A stretch of DNA of 64,000 nt from the human T2T-CHM13v2.0 reference genome, Homo sapiens: NCBI RefSeq assembly GCF_009914755.1, contig NC_060927.1; one strand, 5' to 3'. Below the pieces are notes generated by a model. That model was given only the letters and a program-made list of their open reading frames with translations. It had not been told where the DNA came from and made no database searches. The translations under genes were made by a program, and so were the position numbers. Numbering within the stretch: position 1 is the stretch's first letter; each line of letters starts with the position of its first letter. This document shows, in pieces, positions 61,881 through 64,000 of the stretch.

Positions 61881-64000
61881 AAAAGCTAATTGAAGGAGGA
61901 TTTTTACTATGACTACAATCAAGAAAATCATTATGCAATTCTAATGATGATACGTTCAAGAAAGGTACCCATAGAAACAGAAACAACACTATTTTAAGGT
62001 ATGAAAACAAACTAGGGTCAATATGGTTAAAGAGAAGCCAAAATTGAATGGAAGTTGATTTGGAATTTCTCATTTTGGAGGAAAGTATATGGTGTATTAA
62101 ATATTTATTGTTTTATTAATTTAATATTTTCTTCCAAATGAAAATCTCAATATTTCATAGACTAATGTGCAGAAATGGTTATAGAACAAGTTTAAAACTC
62201 TATTTGATATTTTACTGAGATTAGGTACTATTCGTTTTGCAACTAAGTAAGATTAAATCATTTTTATTACTTTTTTAAGTAGAAGTCCAACTAAGCCACA
62301 AATATGCAACAACAAACATCTTAACTGCTTTTTCTTTAAATGAGATTGTGAAAACATTTCCCAATATACTTAAGGTTTTTTGGTTCCATTTTTGAAAGAG
62401 GGTTGTTTTTCTGACTAAAAAGGCTTTCAAAGATAATTATAAGCACTTATGCTCCCTTTTTCTTATTAGAGATCTTAGACGGGAGATTTAGGAGAAATTA
62501 TCAGTAACAGCACTTGAAGTATCCTGAATTGAAACTCAGTTAGCTGAGAATTTTGACTAATTTATTCCCTGGTCCCACTTGCATGATGGATGGTTTTTTA
62601 CAATATGTTGATATTTTTAAGGCAATGCCAGATAGTGGAATAATTATTATCAGATGAAAACCCACAATTGTGTTGTGATAAGATATTTGTCATGAAAATC
62701 ATACAAATGCATGTTGAATATAAAATTGTCTTAAATGAGTTGAGTGATCATTTTATAAGAAAGATAGATTCATTTAATTGAGCCCTGCTTGGGGAAAGTC
62801 AATACAGAGATTGCCAATATAAGCAATTACATGTTAAATGGAATTTGTACAGAACATCGGAGCGTAGATTTTGCCTTTCAATGTTTTTGCATAATTGCAA
62901 ATGATTACCTTCCAAAGAGACAACTTGAGCTGCAAGTCATGGAAAACGTCAGTGCTTCTTATTGCTAACAGGCTCAAGTGAGAGCTTTAAGTATTGGATG
63001 GTAACAATAGAATCAAAGGATAAAGAGAACAGTGAGAGACAATGTTCAGGTTTCTTGCCTGACATGGAATTACATTTAATGATTGAATGAATATGCTTGT
63101 TAAAGAAAAAGCTTCTTACCTCAATAACTTATTGCAATTTTTAAATTTCCTATCATGATATTCTTCTATGCCTTGAGTCACTTATATTACATCTTCTTCT
63201 ACCTCTGTGCTTCATGAAAAAAGGGAGATAATTTAGTTCCTATGTTAGATGGCTACCAGAAAGTCAATGCATCTTGTAAAATCTAGAATAAATAAATTCC
63301 ATATTTTTTAATTCATTGAGGGGCACAGATTAATATTCAAGAATTGTTTACATGGCTTCTTGTTTCATTCATTTAGTAAGTGTTGAGTATTTTGTAGTTG
63401 CTATGTACTAATTCCCATACTAGGTGCTAAGATGGAATTTATCCAAAAATGTTTGAAAAGCAAAATCTACAGTAAAATGTATTGAACTCTAAAAGTATGA
63501 ATACAGCACACTCTCCATTTCCAGGGTGCCTTACAGAGCAAGAGAGGAGAACAACCCCCCCCCCCACAAAAAAAATCGATACTTTTTATCTTGTATAACA
63601 AGTCCTCTGATAGAAATGTTAACCACTCTACATCTACAGTACTAATTATACTTCTAATTTGTACTTGCAGATAAGAAGATAGAGTCTGAGTTTAAAAAAA
63701 AGGGAATATTCACTCTCTCCTGTAGTACTGAACATTTTACTCAAATGATTAAAGGAGGCTTTTTCTTTAAAAATTTCAAAATATCATTGTATTTCATTCC
63801 AATATGCAAATGCAGATTAAAACCTTTTCCAAGAGTATATTGTTCTTAAATTTCTGGAAAAGTTTTTGAGGGTCATGAGAGCTCAAGGGAACAACTAAAA
63901 TGTAGAATCCTTTAAATAACAACAGATGTCTAAGTATTTTATCTCCTTTTACCACATGAACTATTTGCTGACTTCTGTCTGTGTATCTTCAACTAGTATT

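Overview
AT-rich primate (most likely human) nuclear DNA with no intact protein-coding gene. Almost every ORF in the supplied track comes from Alu, L1, LTR or simple repeats. Repeats include about 12 Alus, a full-length dead L1PA4/5-type element (45.8-51.9 kb, 15-bp TSD), an inverted 5'-truncated L1PA (27.3-29.6 kb), older L1M/L1PB/HAL1-like pieces, LTR47-, MER21-, LTR12-, MLT1- and MST-type solo LTRs, MIR/L2 and hAT MERs. Repeat family names are from recalled consensus sequences, not a database search. The main observation is in the unique DNA between repeats from about 40 kb down to position 1 on the MINUS strand. It holds about 30 collinear, heavily decayed exon remnants, many still bounded by (Y)nAG and GT. 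Read 5'->3' they give a signal-peptide-like exon (~40.0 kb), then a run of Cys-rich VWC/PSP94-like modules (39.7-10.8 kb). Next come a large Glu/Lys/Tyr-rich plus Gly-Pro-Pro exon (9.9-7.8 kb) and many short Gly-X-Y exons (7.6-0.1 kb) that run off the window edge. I infer an ancient, intron-containing (unitary) pseudogene of a collagen with a multi-VWC N-terminus. This rests on manual translation and needs a homology search. Secondary points are shared rare variants between the two inverted L1PAs and a cluster of short local duplications at 18.5-26 kb.
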